A DNA stretch of 64,000 bases from an uncultured delta proteobacterium (GTDB lineage Bacteria; Desulfobacterota; Syntrophia; Syntrophales; UBA2192), in NCBI GenBank assembly GCA_963705165.1, contig CAVPJD010000032.1, positions 1-64,000 on the forward strand, given 5' to 3'. Made by a program: the position numbers and the translations under genes. The notes below the pieces were generated by a model that was given only the letters and a program-made list of their open reading frames with translations, ran no database searches and was not told where the DNA came from. Each line of letters begins with the position of its first letter. The first letter of the stretch is position 1. Positions 32,496 to 42,861 of the stretch are shown piece after piece.

Positions 32496-33218
32496 ATGAA
32501 ACATGCATTGAGATTCGTTATGGTTTTGGTGCTTGTACTTGGCTTGAGCAGCATGGCATCAGCGTATCAGGCCACCTTTTTTGGCGAGGATCTTGGGCAA
32601 GGTGAAAATACACGTCTTGCGGCCATCCCTAATGCTTCGGGAGCCAGAGCTAATTTCTTGTCAAATCTGGTGGGTGTCGGGACAGAAGATTTTGAAGGGT
32701 TTACTACTGGAGCATCTCTCCCTCAGACGCTTACTTTTCCCAGTGCAGGGAGTGCAACTCTTAGTGGATCTGGTATGAGTATCAGCACTGTTACTACTGG
32801 TACTAATGGTGTCGGACGCTATCCGATATCCGGCGCTAACTATCTGGAGGGTTCCAGTTCAGCATTCAGTGTAGCTTTTGCAAATCCAGTGGCAGCATTC
32901 GGTTTCTACGGAATCGATATTGGTGACTTTAATGGCCAGGTGAAAGTGACATTCGTAAAGGGTGGAACGACAGTTTATACTATTCCTAATACGATGAATG
33001 GACTGGGTGGTTCCGTTCTTTTCTGGGGTCTCATCGACACGGATAATCCGTTCACGTCGCTGACTTTCGGCAATACGGCTGCAGGGACTGACTTTTTCGG
33101 CTTCGACGACATGACGATCGGCTCGGTTGAGCAGGTTGTACCTACCCCTGAGCCCACCACCATGCTTCTTCTTGGTCTGGGCGTTCTCGGCCTGGCCGGA
33201 CTTCGGAAGAGGGACTAA
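32496..33218 (+). CDS. PEP-CTERM protein
   Basis: Signal peptide; VAAFGFYGIDIGD, FGFDDMTIG; TPEPTTMLLLGLGVLGLAGLRKRD. Confidence 0.92.
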   Translation: MKHALRFVMVLVLVLGLSSMASAYQATFFGEDLGQGENTRLAAIPNASGARANFLSNLVGVGTEDFEGFTTGASLPQTLTFPSAGSATLSGSGMSISTVTTGTNGVGRYPISGANYLEGSSSAFSVAFANPVAAFGFYGIDIGDFNGQVKVTFVKGGTTVYTIPNTMNGLGGSVLFWGLIDTDNPFTSLTFGNTAAGTDFFGFDDMTIGSVEQVVPTPEPTTMLLLGLGVLGLAGLRKRD

Positions 33219-33410
33219 CGAAACAAACATTCAGTGAACAAAAAAGGCAGGGCTACACGCCCTGCCTTTTCTTTTCCCGTTTTTGTTTTCCGAATCCCGA
33301 ATCTCAAACGAGGATTGACGCGCTCCGCATAATCCACCCTCACCCTGACCCTCTCCCATCAAGGTAGAGGGAGGTTAGGGACAGGGCCTGTGGACCCTGC
33401 GCGAAGCGCC

Positions 33411-33625
33411 TCAGCTTTCGCCTAGATACGCCTTCTTCACCCTTTCATCGCTGAGCAGATCCTTCCCCGTACCCTCCAGGACGATCTCGCCCGTCTCCAC
33501 GACTTAGCCGTAGTCGGCCACGTTGAGGGCGGCCATGGCGTTTTGTTCGATGAGCAGGATCGTGGTGCCCTCTTCGTGAATCTTGCGGATGACCCGGAAG
33601 ACCTCGCGGATGAGAAGCGGGGCAA
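33411..33625 (-). pseudogene. Displaced 215-bp copy of the livF 3' end
   Basis: Aligns to 34984-35198; internal TAA; ends YLGES* versus YLGET*. Confidence 0.9.
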
Positions 33626-33812
33626 ACCGCACCCATTCCGTCTCGAAGCATTCGAATCAAAGTGGAGCGAATGATTGTAATGTGATTAATGAGGTGTTTT
33701 CATCAACATGCCGGATTTAAGCAGAGTAACGAAGGGCAGTCATGAGCCTTATTAAATATCCGGCAGTTCCACCATTCTTAAGTCAACAGAAGATAGCCCT
33801 AAAGTGAAATAG

Positions 33813-34015
33813 TGTCGAAAAAATTTACAAATCGCATATTTCGAATAATATGAATAATTACAAATAGCTAAAATAATATGTAATAAATTTACTTTATGAA
33901 TTGTCGGAAAACTTTACACATATGAACAGCAAAATGAACTGGTCTTAATCGTAACTATATGAATATGAATGATAAAATATTGCTGTCCCCACTTTGCATG
34001 GATAATGCAGTTGCA
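33813..34015 (+). promoter_or_regulatory. Paired enhancer boxes plus an imperfect sigma-54 site
   Basis: TGTCGAAAAAATTTACA at 33813, TGTCGGAAAACTTTACA at 33902; TGG...TTGCA at 33999-34015 (spacing off by one). Confidence 0.65.
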
Positions 34016-34051
34016 TTGGTTACATATTGACGGGAAGGGAGGGAGAGTAAT

Positions 34052-34882
34052 ATGAAAAAAATAATCGTCTTGTCATGCTTGGTAGCCTGTATCTTCGTCA
34101 TGCCGGTGCTCGCCGCAGCGGAATACATGTTGTTGGGTACAACGGGTGTGGGTAGCGAAGTAAGTGAACTTGTTGAAATTAATCCTGCGACTGGTGCCTT
34201 GGTTCGTACCATTGGTTCCGTCGGCTACACGGTTAATGGCTTGACCTATGATGCAACTACAGGAAAACTTTATGGGTCAACCGCCATTAAAGATCCCAAG
34301 TACAATGGTCTGATCGAAATCAACATGTCGACGGGAGCAGGCACTCCAATTGGCACAGCTGGTTGGGGTTTAACCGTTAGCGGTGCTAATGCCGTGACAA
34401 ATGTCACTGTCAGCTCCACGGGGGCAATGTTCGGCTGGTGGGATCCAAGCGAGGATGATCTTGTCAGAATTGACAAAGCCACCGGCATTGCGACACGAGT
34501 GGGGGAATCCGGTATTGGTACCGCTGTAAATGGACTGTCTTTCAGCGGAACAGATGTTCTTTACATGGTCAATGGCGGAGGCGATGTATACACTATCAAC
34601 ATAGCTACCGGTGAGGCGACTTATGTTGGTAATATCGGGAGTATAGCTCATCATGGAGATTTCGATCCTGCAACTGGACTCTGGTATGGTATCAATTTGT
34701 CACAAACTGGCCCGAAGTCACTGGTCCTGGCGAATCTTTCAACCCTTGAATACACAGCGCTGTCAACAGTAGACAATCTCCATACGCTTACATTCGTGCC
34801 TGCGAGCGTGCCCGAGCCCACAACAATGCTTCTGTTCGGGTTGGGACTTCTGGGTTTGGCGGGGTTTAGAAAAAGAAACTAA
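34052..34882 (+). CDS. PEP-CTERM protein, probably beta-propeller-like
   Basis: Repeated IN/ID.ATG.AT..G blades; VPEPTTMLLFGLGLLGLAGFRKRN. Confidence 0.9.
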   Translation: MKKIIVLSCLVACIFVMPVLAAAEYMLLGTTGVGSEVSELVEINPATGALVRTIGSVGYTVNGLTYDATTGKLYGSTAIKDPKYNGLIEINMSTGAGTPIGTAGWGLTVSGANAVTNVTVSSTGAMFGWWDPSEDDLVRIDKATGIATRVGESGIGTAVNGLSFSGTDVLYMVNGGGDVYTINIATGEATYVGNIGSIAHHGDFDPATGLWYGINLSQTGPKSLVLANLSTLEYTALSTVDNLHTLTFVPASVPEPTTMLLFGLGLLGLAGFRKRN

Positions 34883-34983
34883 GAACAAAAAACAGACTGG
34901 AAAGAAGAAGGCAGGGCCGAACGCCCTGCCTTCTTTCTTACACTAGCCACTGGCCACTAATCACTGACCACTCTGGGTGAAAC

Positions 34984-35691
34984 TTACGTTTCGCCCAAAT
35001 ACGCCTTCTTCACCCTCTCATCGCTGAGCAGATCTTTCCCCGTTCCCTCCAGGACGATCTCGCCCGTTTCCAGCACGTAGCCGTAGTCGGCCACGTTGAG
35101 GGCGGCCATGGCGTTCTGCTCGATGAGCAGGATCGTGGTGCCCTCTTCGTGAATCTTGCGGATGACGCGGAAGACCTCGCGGATGAGAAGCGGGGCAAGC
35201 CCAAGTGACGGCTCGTCGAGCAGGAGCAGCTTCGGCCGCGACATGAGGGCGCGGCCCAGGGCGAGCATCTGCTGCTCGCCGCCCGAAAGGGTCGCCGCCG
35301 GCTGCTCGCGTCGCTCCAGCAGGCGCGGGAAGGTCTCGAAGATCCACTCGATGTCGCGCTCGATTTCCTTTTTATCGGAGCGCCCGTAGGCCCCCATCAG
35401 CAGATTTTCATAAACGCTTAGATTAACGAAGACGCGCCGGCCCTCGGGGGCCATGGCAATGCCCTCACGGGCGATGCGGTGGGGGGCGATGCCGGTGATG
35501 GGGCGCCCCAGGTATCGGATCGTCCCGCTCGTGGCGGGCACGAGGCCGCAGACGGTTCTCAGCAGGGTGCTTTTCCCCGCGCCGTTTGCGCCGACAAGGG
35601 TGACGACCTTCTCTTCCGGCACATGGAGAGTGACGTTTTTCAGCGCGTGGATGCCGCCATAGTGGACGTTCAGGCCCTCGACCCTAAGCAA
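34984..35691 (-). CDS. livF: Branched-chain amino acid ABC ATPase
   Basis: GANGAGKST, LSGGEQQMLA, DEPSLGLAP. Confidence 0.93.
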   Translation of the reverse strand: MLRVEGLNVHYGGIHALKNVTLHVPEEKVVTLVGANGAGKSTLLRTVCGLVPATSGTIRYLGRPITGIAPHRIAREGIAMAPEGRRVFVNLSVYENLLMGAYGRSDKKEIERDIEWIFETFPRLLERREQPAATLSGGEQQMLALGRALMSRPKLLLLDEPSLGLAPLLIREVFRVIRKIHEEGTTILLIEQNAMAALNVADYGYVLETGEIVLEGTGKDLLSDERVKKAYLGET

Positions 35692-36455
35692 GCTGCACCT
35701 CCCCCAGATAGGCCTCGATGACCCTGGGATTGTTCTGAATCTCGTGGGGTGTTCCCTCGGCGATGGTGGTGCCGTAGTCGAGCACCTTGAGCCGCTCGCA
35801 GATCTCCATGACGAACTTCATGTCGTGCTCGATGAGGAACACCGTGAGGTCGTAGTCCTTCCGGAGCTTCAGGATGAGCTGCAGCAGGTCCTGCGTCTCG
35901 TTGGGGTTCATCCCCGCGGCCGGCTCGTCGAGCAGAAGAAGCTGCGGCCCCGTGGCCAGAGCCCGGGCGATCTCGAGGCGCCGCTGCTTGCCGTAGGGCA
36001 GCGATGTGGACATCTCCCGGGCCACGTCCTCGAGGCCCACTTCCTTCAGGAGGTTCATGGCCCCCTCGACCATCATCTTCTCCTCGCGGCGATAGAGCGG
36101 AAATCTCAGGGTTGCCCCGAGGAACGTGGAGCGGATTCGGCAGTGATAGCCGATCATCACGTTCTCGATGACGGAGAGCTCCGAGAAGAGCCGGATGTTC
36201 TGGAAGGTCCGGGCGATGCCGGCCTTCGTGATCCGGTTGGCCTTCAGGCCGCCGATGGGGTTGCCCTGGTAGCGGATCGTGCCTTCCGTGGGCGTGTAGT
36301 AGCCGGCGATCATGTTGAAGACGGTCGTCTTGCCTGCGCCGTTCGGGCCGATGAGGCCGACGATCTCGCTTTTTCTCCAGGGCGAGGTCGAAGTCATTGA
36401 CGGCAACGAGGCCGCCGAACTTCATGGTGATATGTTCCACCGACAAGAGAGCCAT
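35684..36455 (-). CDS. livG: Branched-chain amino acid ABC ATPase (frameshift near 36380)
   Basis: MKFGGLVAV, GPNGAGKTT, ARTFQNIRLF, LPYGKQRRLEIARAL, VIEAYLG. Confidence 0.92.
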
Positions 36456-37501
36456 CAGGAGCGACCTCCCATGCCGAGTTTCCTGCACACCCAGTTCCAG
36501 TTGAACTCCCGGGTGCCCATGAGACCCTGCCGCGCGAAGATCATGATCAGGACGAGGATGACGGAGAAGATGACCATCCGCATGCCGGGGATGCCGGGGA
36601 TGTCGATGAACCCGAGATCCATGGGCTCCTCGACAAACCGCAGCGCCTCGCCGCCCCAGGTGAAGAGGATGGCCGCGATGACGGCCCCGGTGGTGCTGCC
36701 GAGCCCCCCTGCGACGATGATGATCAGCAGGTTGAAGGTCAGGAAGAAGGTGAAGAGGGTCGGCGAGATCGTGGTGATCAGGTGGGCCAGCAGCCCGCCT
36801 CCCACCCCCTGGAAGAAGCCGCTCGTCGTGAAGGCGAGCATCTTGTGCCAGTAGGTGTTGATTCCCACGGCCTCGGCGGCCGCCTGGTCGAACTTGACGG
36901 CCTTCATGGCCATGCCGTAGCTGCTGCGGATCATCCGGCCGATGAGGAATACCGTGATGATGGCGAAACCCCAGGCCCACCAGATGTTCGTGTAGTCGGC
37001 GATTCCCTTGAGCCCGAGAGGCCCGTTGGTGATGCTCTGGGTGTTGTTTGCGATGACGCGGACCACCTCGCCGAAGCCCAGGGTGACGATAGCCAGGTAG
37101 TCCCCGCGGGTCCGGAAGACGGGAAACCCCATCAGGAAAGCGAGCAGGGCCGCCACGATACCCGCCGCGACAAGCGATACGATGAAGGGCAGCGTGATCA
37201 CGGAGAGGGGCCAGATGCAGGGCTCGATGATGAAGGAGATCTCCTTTTCCATCGGTGTGAGGGTCAGCAGGGCCGAGGTATAAGCGCCGATCGCCACGAA
37301 GGCATTGGGCGCCAGCGAGAACTGGCCCGTCACGCCGTTGATGAGGTTGTAGCTCACGGCGAGGATGATGAAGATGGCGATGTTATTGAGGATGCGGATC
37401 GTGTAGTCGGAACCCTGCGTGTTGGCGACGTAAAGCAGCGCCAGGAGCACGACCGTGCCCGCGATGGAGAGGAGTTGGTTTCTGAAATGATTAGGCTGCA
37501 T
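36455..37501 (-). CDS. livM: Branched-chain amino acid ABC permease
   Basis: NLINGVTGQFSL, GDYLAIVTLGFGE, GGLGSTTG. Confidence 0.92.
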   Translation of the reverse strand: MQPNHFRNQLLSIAGTVVLLALLYVANTQGSDYTIRILNNIAIFIILAVSYNLINGVTGQFSLAPNAFVAIGAYTSALLTLTPMEKEISFIIEPCIWPLSVITLPFIVSLVAAGIVAALLAFLMGFPVFRTRGDYLAIVTLGFGEVVRVIANNTQSITNGPLGLKGIADYTNIWWAWGFAIITVFLIGRMIRSSYGMAMKAVKFDQAAAEAVGINTYWHKMLAFTTSGFFQGVGGGLLAHLITTISPTLFTFFLTFNLLIIIVAGGLGSTTGAVIAAILFTWGGEALRFVEEPMDLGFIDIPGIPGMRMVIFSVILVLIMIFARQGLMGTREFNWNWVCRKLGMGGRS

Positions 37502-37569
37502 GAAAACAGGGTCCAGGGTTAAGGGTACAGGGTCCAGGGTCAAGAGACCAAGGACCTTGCTATTCGGTT

Positions 37570-37938
37570 CTATGCGTCAGGCTGTCGCTTCTTCAACGAC
37601 TGGGACAATTTCCACAACAGTCTGGAAACTTCAGCTCTTGATCCGTACAGTTTCTCGAACTCGCTTTGAGAAAGATATCCGAGATCCTTTGAAAGAGACA
37701 ACAGTGTTTCCAGTTCCCCGCATGAACCAAAGGCGATATTCAAGAACTGAACATATTCCTTCCTGTGGTTTCGGCAGTATCCCTCGGAAATATTGCAGGG
37801 TATCGAAACCGCGCTGCGCCTCATCTGCGAAACGATCCCGAATAACTCTTCTTTCGGGAATGCCTTTGTGCATTTATAGATGTCAAGTGTAAGCTGATAA
37901 GCCTTCTGGTAGGCAATCAGGTCTCTGTAGCTCTGCAT
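37570..37938 (-). CDS. Four-helix-bundle protein (23S rRNA IVP / Avd-like family)
   Basis: MQSYRDLIAYQKA..FPKEELFGIVSQMRRSAVSIPCNISEG..FLNIAFGSCGELET; visibly lower GC than its neighbours. Confidence 0.92.
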   Translation of the reverse strand: MQSYRDLIAYQKAYQLTLDIYKCTKAFPKEELFGIVSQMRRSAVSIPCNISEGYCRNHRKEYVQFLNIAFGSCGELETLLSLSKDLGYLSQSEFEKLYGSRAEVSRLLWKLSQSLKKRQPDA

Positions 37939-37988
37939 TGATTTTCTTTCTCCACCCTGTACCCTTAACCCTGGCCCCTGTACCCTGT

Positions 37989-38876
37989 TTAATCTGGCAA
38001 CTTGGTGCCCATCAGCCCTGTGGGGCGGAAGAGCAGGATCAGGATCAGCAGGGCGAAGGCGACGGCGTCGCGGTATCCGGCCAGATCCGGCATCAGGGCC
38101 ACGAGGAGGATCTCCGCGATCCCCAGAAGAAGCCCGCCCAGCATGGCGCCGGTGATGTTGCCGATGCCGCCCAGGACGGCCGCCACGAAGGCCTTGAAGC
38201 CGGGGATGATGCCCATGAGCGGGTTGATCTCGGGGTAGCGCATGGCCCACATGATCCCGCCGGCGGCCGCCGCGGCGGAGCCCACGGCGAAGGTGATCGA
38301 GATGATCCGGTTGACGTCCACGCCCATGAGTTTCGTCGTCTCCATGTCGTGGCTGATGCAGCGCATGGCCCGTCCCGTCTTGGTCCGGTAGATGATGAAC
38401 AGGACGCCGGAGAGGATGGCCAGGGTCAGCAGGGGCGTCCAGAGGACCAGGGCCGGGAACATGAGGCCCGCCACCTCGTAGACCTCGCTGAACATGTCGG
38501 GGGTTTCGAAGCCCTTGGGGCGCCCGCCGAAGACCACCAGGCCCAGGTTCTCGAGCAGGAAGGAGACCCCGATGGCCGTGATGAGCGCCGAGATGCGGGG
38601 CGCGTTGCGGACCGGCACGTAGGCGCCCTTGTCCATCAGAACACCCAGGGCGGCCGTGAGCAGGATGGCCACGGCGAAGGAGGCCCACCAGGGGAGGCTG
38701 AACATCAGGATGCCGAAGTACGCGAAGTAGCACCCCATCATCATGACGTCGCCGTGGGCGAAGTTGATGAGCCGGATGATCCCGTAGACCATCGTGTAGC
38801 CGATGGCGATGAGCCCGTAGAGGCTCCCCAGGGCCACCCCGTTGATCATCTGCTGGAGGAAGAACGTCAGTTCCAC
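37989..38876 (-). CDS. livH: Branched-chain amino acid ABC permease
   Basis: LIAIGYTMVYGIIRLINFAHG, KAFVAAVLGGIG, RPTGLMG. Confidence 0.93.
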   Translation of the reverse strand: MELTFFLQQMINGVALGSLYGLIAIGYTMVYGIIRLINFAHGDVMMMGCYFAYFGILMFSLPWWASFAVAILLTAALGVLMDKGAYVPVRNAPRISALITAIGVSFLLENLGLVVFGGRPKGFETPDMFSEVYEVAGLMFPALVLWTPLLTLAILSGVLFIIYRTKTGRAMRCISHDMETTKLMGVDVNRIISITFAVGSAAAAAGGIMWAMRYPEINPLMGIIPGFKAFVAAVLGGIGNITGAMLGGLLLGIAEILLVALMPDLAGYRDAVAFALLILILLFRPTGLMGTKLPD

Positions 38877-39073
38877 ATGCTGCTCTCTATGGCGAACTTC
38901 AATGAAAGCCCCCGGGCTTCCTTACAGTAATCCTGATTTCTGCGGCGCGCAAAATATCTTTCCGCAGCAGGCATAGGGCTAAGGGCTTAGGGCTTAGGGC
39001 AAAAATCAGGATTTACAAAAGAGGGGCGATTGTCACATCGCCCCTCTTTGTCAAATGATCTCCCGCATGCGGG

Positions 39074-40252
39074 TTACTTCTTTTTCGGTGCCGCCTTCTT
39101 GGGTTCGGGCTTCGCACCGGCGGGCTCGACGGTGGCCACGTACTGGAAGTCGCCGTTGCGAACCTGCACGATGACGAGGCTCTTGATGGCGTTGCCGTCC
39201 TCGCCGATCGTCATGATGCCGGAGATGCCCTTGAAGTTCTTCGTGCTGGCGAGGGCCTCGCGGATCTTGGAGCCATCGGTGGACTTGGCGCGCTCGATGG
39301 CGTCGGCCAGGACGAAGTACGCATCGGCGCCCATGACGTCGAAGGTGCCGACCTTGCCGAACTTCTTCTCGTAGAGGGGGATGAACTTCTTGGCCAGATC
39401 CGTCTTGGCCGCGGCCTTCTCGAAGTGGCCCGTCAGCATGAGGCCTTCCACGTACTGCTTGCCGATGTCGATGAGGGCCTTGTCCTGCGCGCCGTCGCCG
39501 GAGAGCACGGGCACGTTCAGGCCGAGATCCTTGGCCTGCTTCATGGCAAGGGCGACTTCCGTGTAGTAGTTGGGCATGTAGAGCACGTCGGGGTTCTTGG
39601 CCTTGATGGCCGACATCTGAGCCGTGAAGTCCTTGTCGCCGGTCTGGCAGTAGGTCTTCGCCACGATCTGGCCGCCGAGCTTCGTGAAGCTCTTCTCGAA
39701 GAAGTCGGCAAGGCCCACGCAGTAGTCCTGCGCCTTGTCGACGATGAGGGCGGCCTTGCGCTTCCCGAGGGTTTCGTAGGCGTACTTGGCGGCCATCTCA
39801 CCCTGGAAGGGGTCGATGAAGCACACGCGGAAAATGTACTTCTTGCCCTGCGTCACGAGAGGGTTGGTGGCCGTGGGCGAGATGATGGGAATTCTGGCTT
39901 TCTCCGCGATCGGGGCGCCGGCCATGGTGTTGCCGCTGATGGAGGACCCGATGATCGCGACGACTTTCTCCTTCTCGATGAGGCGGCTCACGGCGTTGGC
40001 GGCCTCGATCTTGTCGCTCTTGTCATCGGCGAGGACCAACTCGACTTTCTTGCCGAGGATGGTGGGTTTCATCTCCCGGGCAACCTGAATGCCCTGCCAG
40101 GACCCCTGTCCGTATGCGGCCACGCCGCCCGTCATCGGCAGGAACACGCCGATCCTGATCGTGTCCGACTTGGCCTGGGAAAATGCGGGGGCCGGCATGG
40201 TGAAGGCCAGACCCAGAACCATGAACGCCACCAGTACGTGCTTCATCTTCAT
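39074..40252 (-). CDS. Branched-chain amino acid ABC substrate-binding protein (LivJ/LivK-like)
   Basis: Signal peptide, IGVFLPMTG, FRVCFIDPFQG. Confidence 0.92.
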   Translation of the reverse strand: MKMKHVLVAFMVLGLAFTMPAPAFSQAKSDTIRIGVFLPMTGGVAAYGQGSWQGIQVAREMKPTILGKKVELVLADDKSDKIEAANAVSRLIEKEKVVAIIGSSISGNTMAGAPIAEKARIPIISPTATNPLVTQGKKYIFRVCFIDPFQGEMAAKYAYETLGKRKAALIVDKAQDYCVGLADFFEKSFTKLGGQIVAKTYCQTGDKDFTAQMSAIKAKNPDVLYMPNYYTEVALAMKQAKDLGLNVPVLSGDGAQDKALIDIGKQYVEGLMLTGHFEKAAAKTDLAKKFIPLYEKKFGKVGTFDVMGADAYFVLADAIERAKSTDGSKIREALASTKNFKGISGIMTIGEDGNAIKSLVIVQVRNGDFQYVATVEPAGAKPEPKKAAPKKK

Positions 40253-40485
40253 ACGCCCTCCTCCTTTTGTCTTGCGCTCTAAGAGATTAAAAGAAAACGT
40301 GTGTGGAAATAATAAGGAAATAAACAACCCCGATTGAGGGTTTTCTCTAGCACAGGGATTTTGCCTAAGTCAAGCGAAAGCAAGCGGGTACAGGGTATAG
40401 GGTAAAGGGTAAAGGGTAAAGGGATGGATGCATTATATATTCCCCTGGACCCTTAACTTGACCCTTGACCCTAGACCCTGGACCC

Positions 40486-41814
40486 TTAGTCCCTGTCCCG
40501 GTGCCGAAGTCGGAAGACGAGCCGGATGGGCACGTTCCCGAAGCCCAGTCCCTCCCGGATCCGGTTGGCCAGGTAGCGCTGATAGGAGAAGTGGATGGCC
40601 TTCGGCTCGCGCACGAAGAAGATGAAGGTGGGCGGCTTCACGGAGGCCTGGGTGACGTAAACGATTTTGTTGGGGCGATTGCGGTACATGGGCGGTGGGT
40701 TTTCGGCCACGAAGGCATTGACTTTCTCGTTGAGCTCCGCCGTAGAGATGCGCTTCGTGTACTCCGCGTGGGTTGCCTCGATGACGTCGAAGATGCTCGT
40801 CACCCGCTGCCCTGTGACGGCCGATACGAAGACGATGGGGGCAAACTGCAGGAACTTCAGGGTGTCGCGGATCTTCTCCACGTGCACACCGATCGTGCTG
40901 TTGTCCTTTTTGAGCAGGTCCCACTTGTTCACCACGATGATGCAGGCAACCCCCTTGTCGAGGACGAGCCCGGCGATCTTCGCGTCCTGTTCGGCTATCC
41001 CCTGCTCGGCGTCGATGAGCAGAAGGGCGATATCGCAGCGATTGAGCGTTCTCAGGGCTTCTATGACGCTGTACTTCTCCAGCGTGAGGCTGATCCGGCT
41101 TTTCCTGCGGATGCCCGCCGTGTCGACGAGGACATACTTGCGGTCGCGGTACTCGAAGGGCGTGTCGATGGCGTCCCGCGTCGTTCCCGGCGTCGGGTTC
41201 ACGATGGTGCGCTCGTAGCCCAGGATCTTGTTGACCAGGGACGATTTGCCAACGTTGGGACGGCCCACGACGGCGATCCGGATCACCTCCTGCTCTTCCT
41301 CGTCCGTTGCCGGCGGCGCATCGGGAAGAGCCGCAACGACGTCATCCATCAGATCGTCGATACCCCGGCCATGCTCGGAGGAGATGGCATGGATCCGGTC
41401 GATCCCGAGGCGGTAGAACTCATAGGCGAGGTTGTCGTGTCGGTCCCCGTCGATCTTGTTGACGGCATAGAAGACCGGCTTTTTGAATGTACGCAGCAGC
41501 TTCGCGATCTCCTCGTCGGCAGGCGTGAGGCCTTCCTTGCCGTCCATCAGGAAGATGATTAGATCGCTCTGCTCCATGGCGAGCCGAGTCTGCTCGCGCA
41601 TCTGCATCAGGATTTTTTCCGTCGAAACCGGCTCGAACCCGCCCGTGTCGACGATGTCGAAGGCCTTTCCCTGCCAGGTCGCTTCGGTGTAGTTGCGGTC
41701 GCGCGTCGCCCCGGGCTCGTCGATGGTGATGGCCTTCTTGCGGTCCGAGAGCCGGTTGAAGAGCGTCGATTTGCCCACGTTGGGCCGTCCGATGATGGCA
41801 ATTAAAGGTTTCAT
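40486..41814 (-). CDS. der: Ribosome biogenesis GTPase Der
   Basis: Two GRPNVGKS G-domains, DTGG/DTAG, PPTF KH-like C-terminus. Confidence 0.96.
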   Translation of the reverse strand: MKPLIAIIGRPNVGKSTLFNRLSDRKKAITIDEPGATRDRNYTEATWQGKAFDIVDTGGFEPVSTEKILMQMREQTRLAMEQSDLIIFLMDGKEGLTPADEEIAKLLRTFKKPVFYAVNKIDGDRHDNLAYEFYRLGIDRIHAISSEHGRGIDDLMDDVVAALPDAPPATDEEEQEVIRIAVVGRPNVGKSSLVNKILGYERTIVNPTPGTTRDAIDTPFEYRDRKYVLVDTAGIRRKSRISLTLEKYSVIEALRTLNRCDIALLLIDAEQGIAEQDAKIAGLVLDKGVACIIVVNKWDLLKKDNSTIGVHVEKIRDTLKFLQFAPIVFVSAVTGQRVTSIFDVIEATHAEYTKRISTAELNEKVNAFVAENPPPMYRNRPNKIVYVTQASVKPPTFIFFVREPKAIHFSYQRYLANRIREGLGFGNVPIRLVFRLRHRDRD

Positions 41815-41955
41815 AGAATCAGGGTCCAGGGTTAAGGGTTAAGGGTTAAGGGGCCAGGGGACTGGGTCAAGGGTCCAGGGTTAAGAGTCAAGGGTCAAGG
41901 ATTATGGGAAAAGTTTCTTTTTTCCCCTGTACCCTTTACCCGTGTACCCTGAACC

Positions 41956-42861
41956 CTATTTATCCGAGTATCCAAACTCCTTGAGCCACTTGGCGTCTTT
42001 TGTCCAATCTTTTCGCACGCGGACGAAAAGTTCCAGGAAGATTTTCGCGGCGAAGAACTTCTCCATCTCCAGGCGGGCCTGGGTGCCGATCTCCTTGAGC
42101 ATCTTCCCGCCCTTGCCGATGAGGATGCCCTTCTGGGAGTCCTTCTCCACGGTGATCGTGGCCGCGATCCGGATCAGGTTCTTTTCCTCGTCCTCCTTGA
42201 ACGAATCGACGGTGACGGCCGTGGCGTAGGGAATTTCCCTGTGGGTGAGCAGCAGGATCTTCTCCCGGACGATTTCGGCGGCGATGAAGCGCTCCGTGTT
42301 GTCCGTGAACATGTCGTCGGGGAAAAACTTCGGCCCCTCGGGCAGGGCCTCCCGGATAAGCTCGAGAAGACGGTCCACCCCGTTGCCGCGTGCGGCCGAC
42401 ACGGGAACGATTTCACGGAATTCATATAGACCGCGGAAGCGGTCGATCAGCGGCAGCAGGATCGGTTTGGCCACCAGGTCGATCTTGTTGATGACGAGAA
42501 ATACGGGGACGCCTGCCTCCCGCATGCTCTCGATAATTAGGCCGTCGTCCGGGTCGTAGCCGCGGTCCGCCTCGATGAGAAACAGGATCAGGTCGACCTC
42601 GCTGAAGGTGCTCGTCGCCGCATTCACCATGTAGCGGTTCAGGGGCGTCTTTGCCCGGTGGATGCCCGGCGTGTCCAGGAAGATGAACTGCCCGTCGTCG
42701 GCGTTCAGGATTCCCGTGATCTTGTTTCTCGTCGTCTGGGGCTTGCTGCTCGTGATGGCGATCTTTTCGCCCAGGATCGCATTCAGGAGCGTGGATTTGC
42801 CCACGTTGGGCCGTCCGGCGATGGCGATGAATCCCGATTTAAACAATACTGACCTCCGCAA
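41956..42861 (-). CDS. era: GTPase Era
   Basis: GRPNVGKSTL, KPQTTR, DTPG, EIPY, SQKGILIGKGG. Confidence 0.96.
   Translation of the reverse strand: MRRSVLFKSGFIAIAGRPNVGKSTLLNAILGEKIAITSSKPQTTRNKITGILNADDGQFIFLDTPGIHRAKTPLNRYMVNAATSTFSEVDLILFLIEADRGYDPDDGLIIESMREAGVPVFLVINKIDLVAKPILLPLIDRFRGLYEFREIVPVSAARGNGVDRLLELIREALPEGPKFFPDDMFTDNTERFIAAEIVREKILLLTHREIPYATAVTVDSFKEDEEKNLIRIAATITVEKDSQKGILIGKGGKMLKEIGTQARLEMEKFFAAKIFLELFVRVRKDWTKDAKWLKEFGYSDK

Noticed and set aside
33411..33625. livF duplicate as a DGR template repeat
   Set aside because: Differences are mostly synonymous and not adenine-restricted
37570..37938. Diversity-generating retroelement or 23S rRNA intervening sequence
   Set aside because: No reverse transcriptase, no adenine-specific TR/VR pair and no rRNA in the window
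37570..38733. 387-aa ORF fusing an upstream region to the four-helix bundle
   Set aside because: The upstream part is an alternative frame of livH; the family-typical start is at 37938
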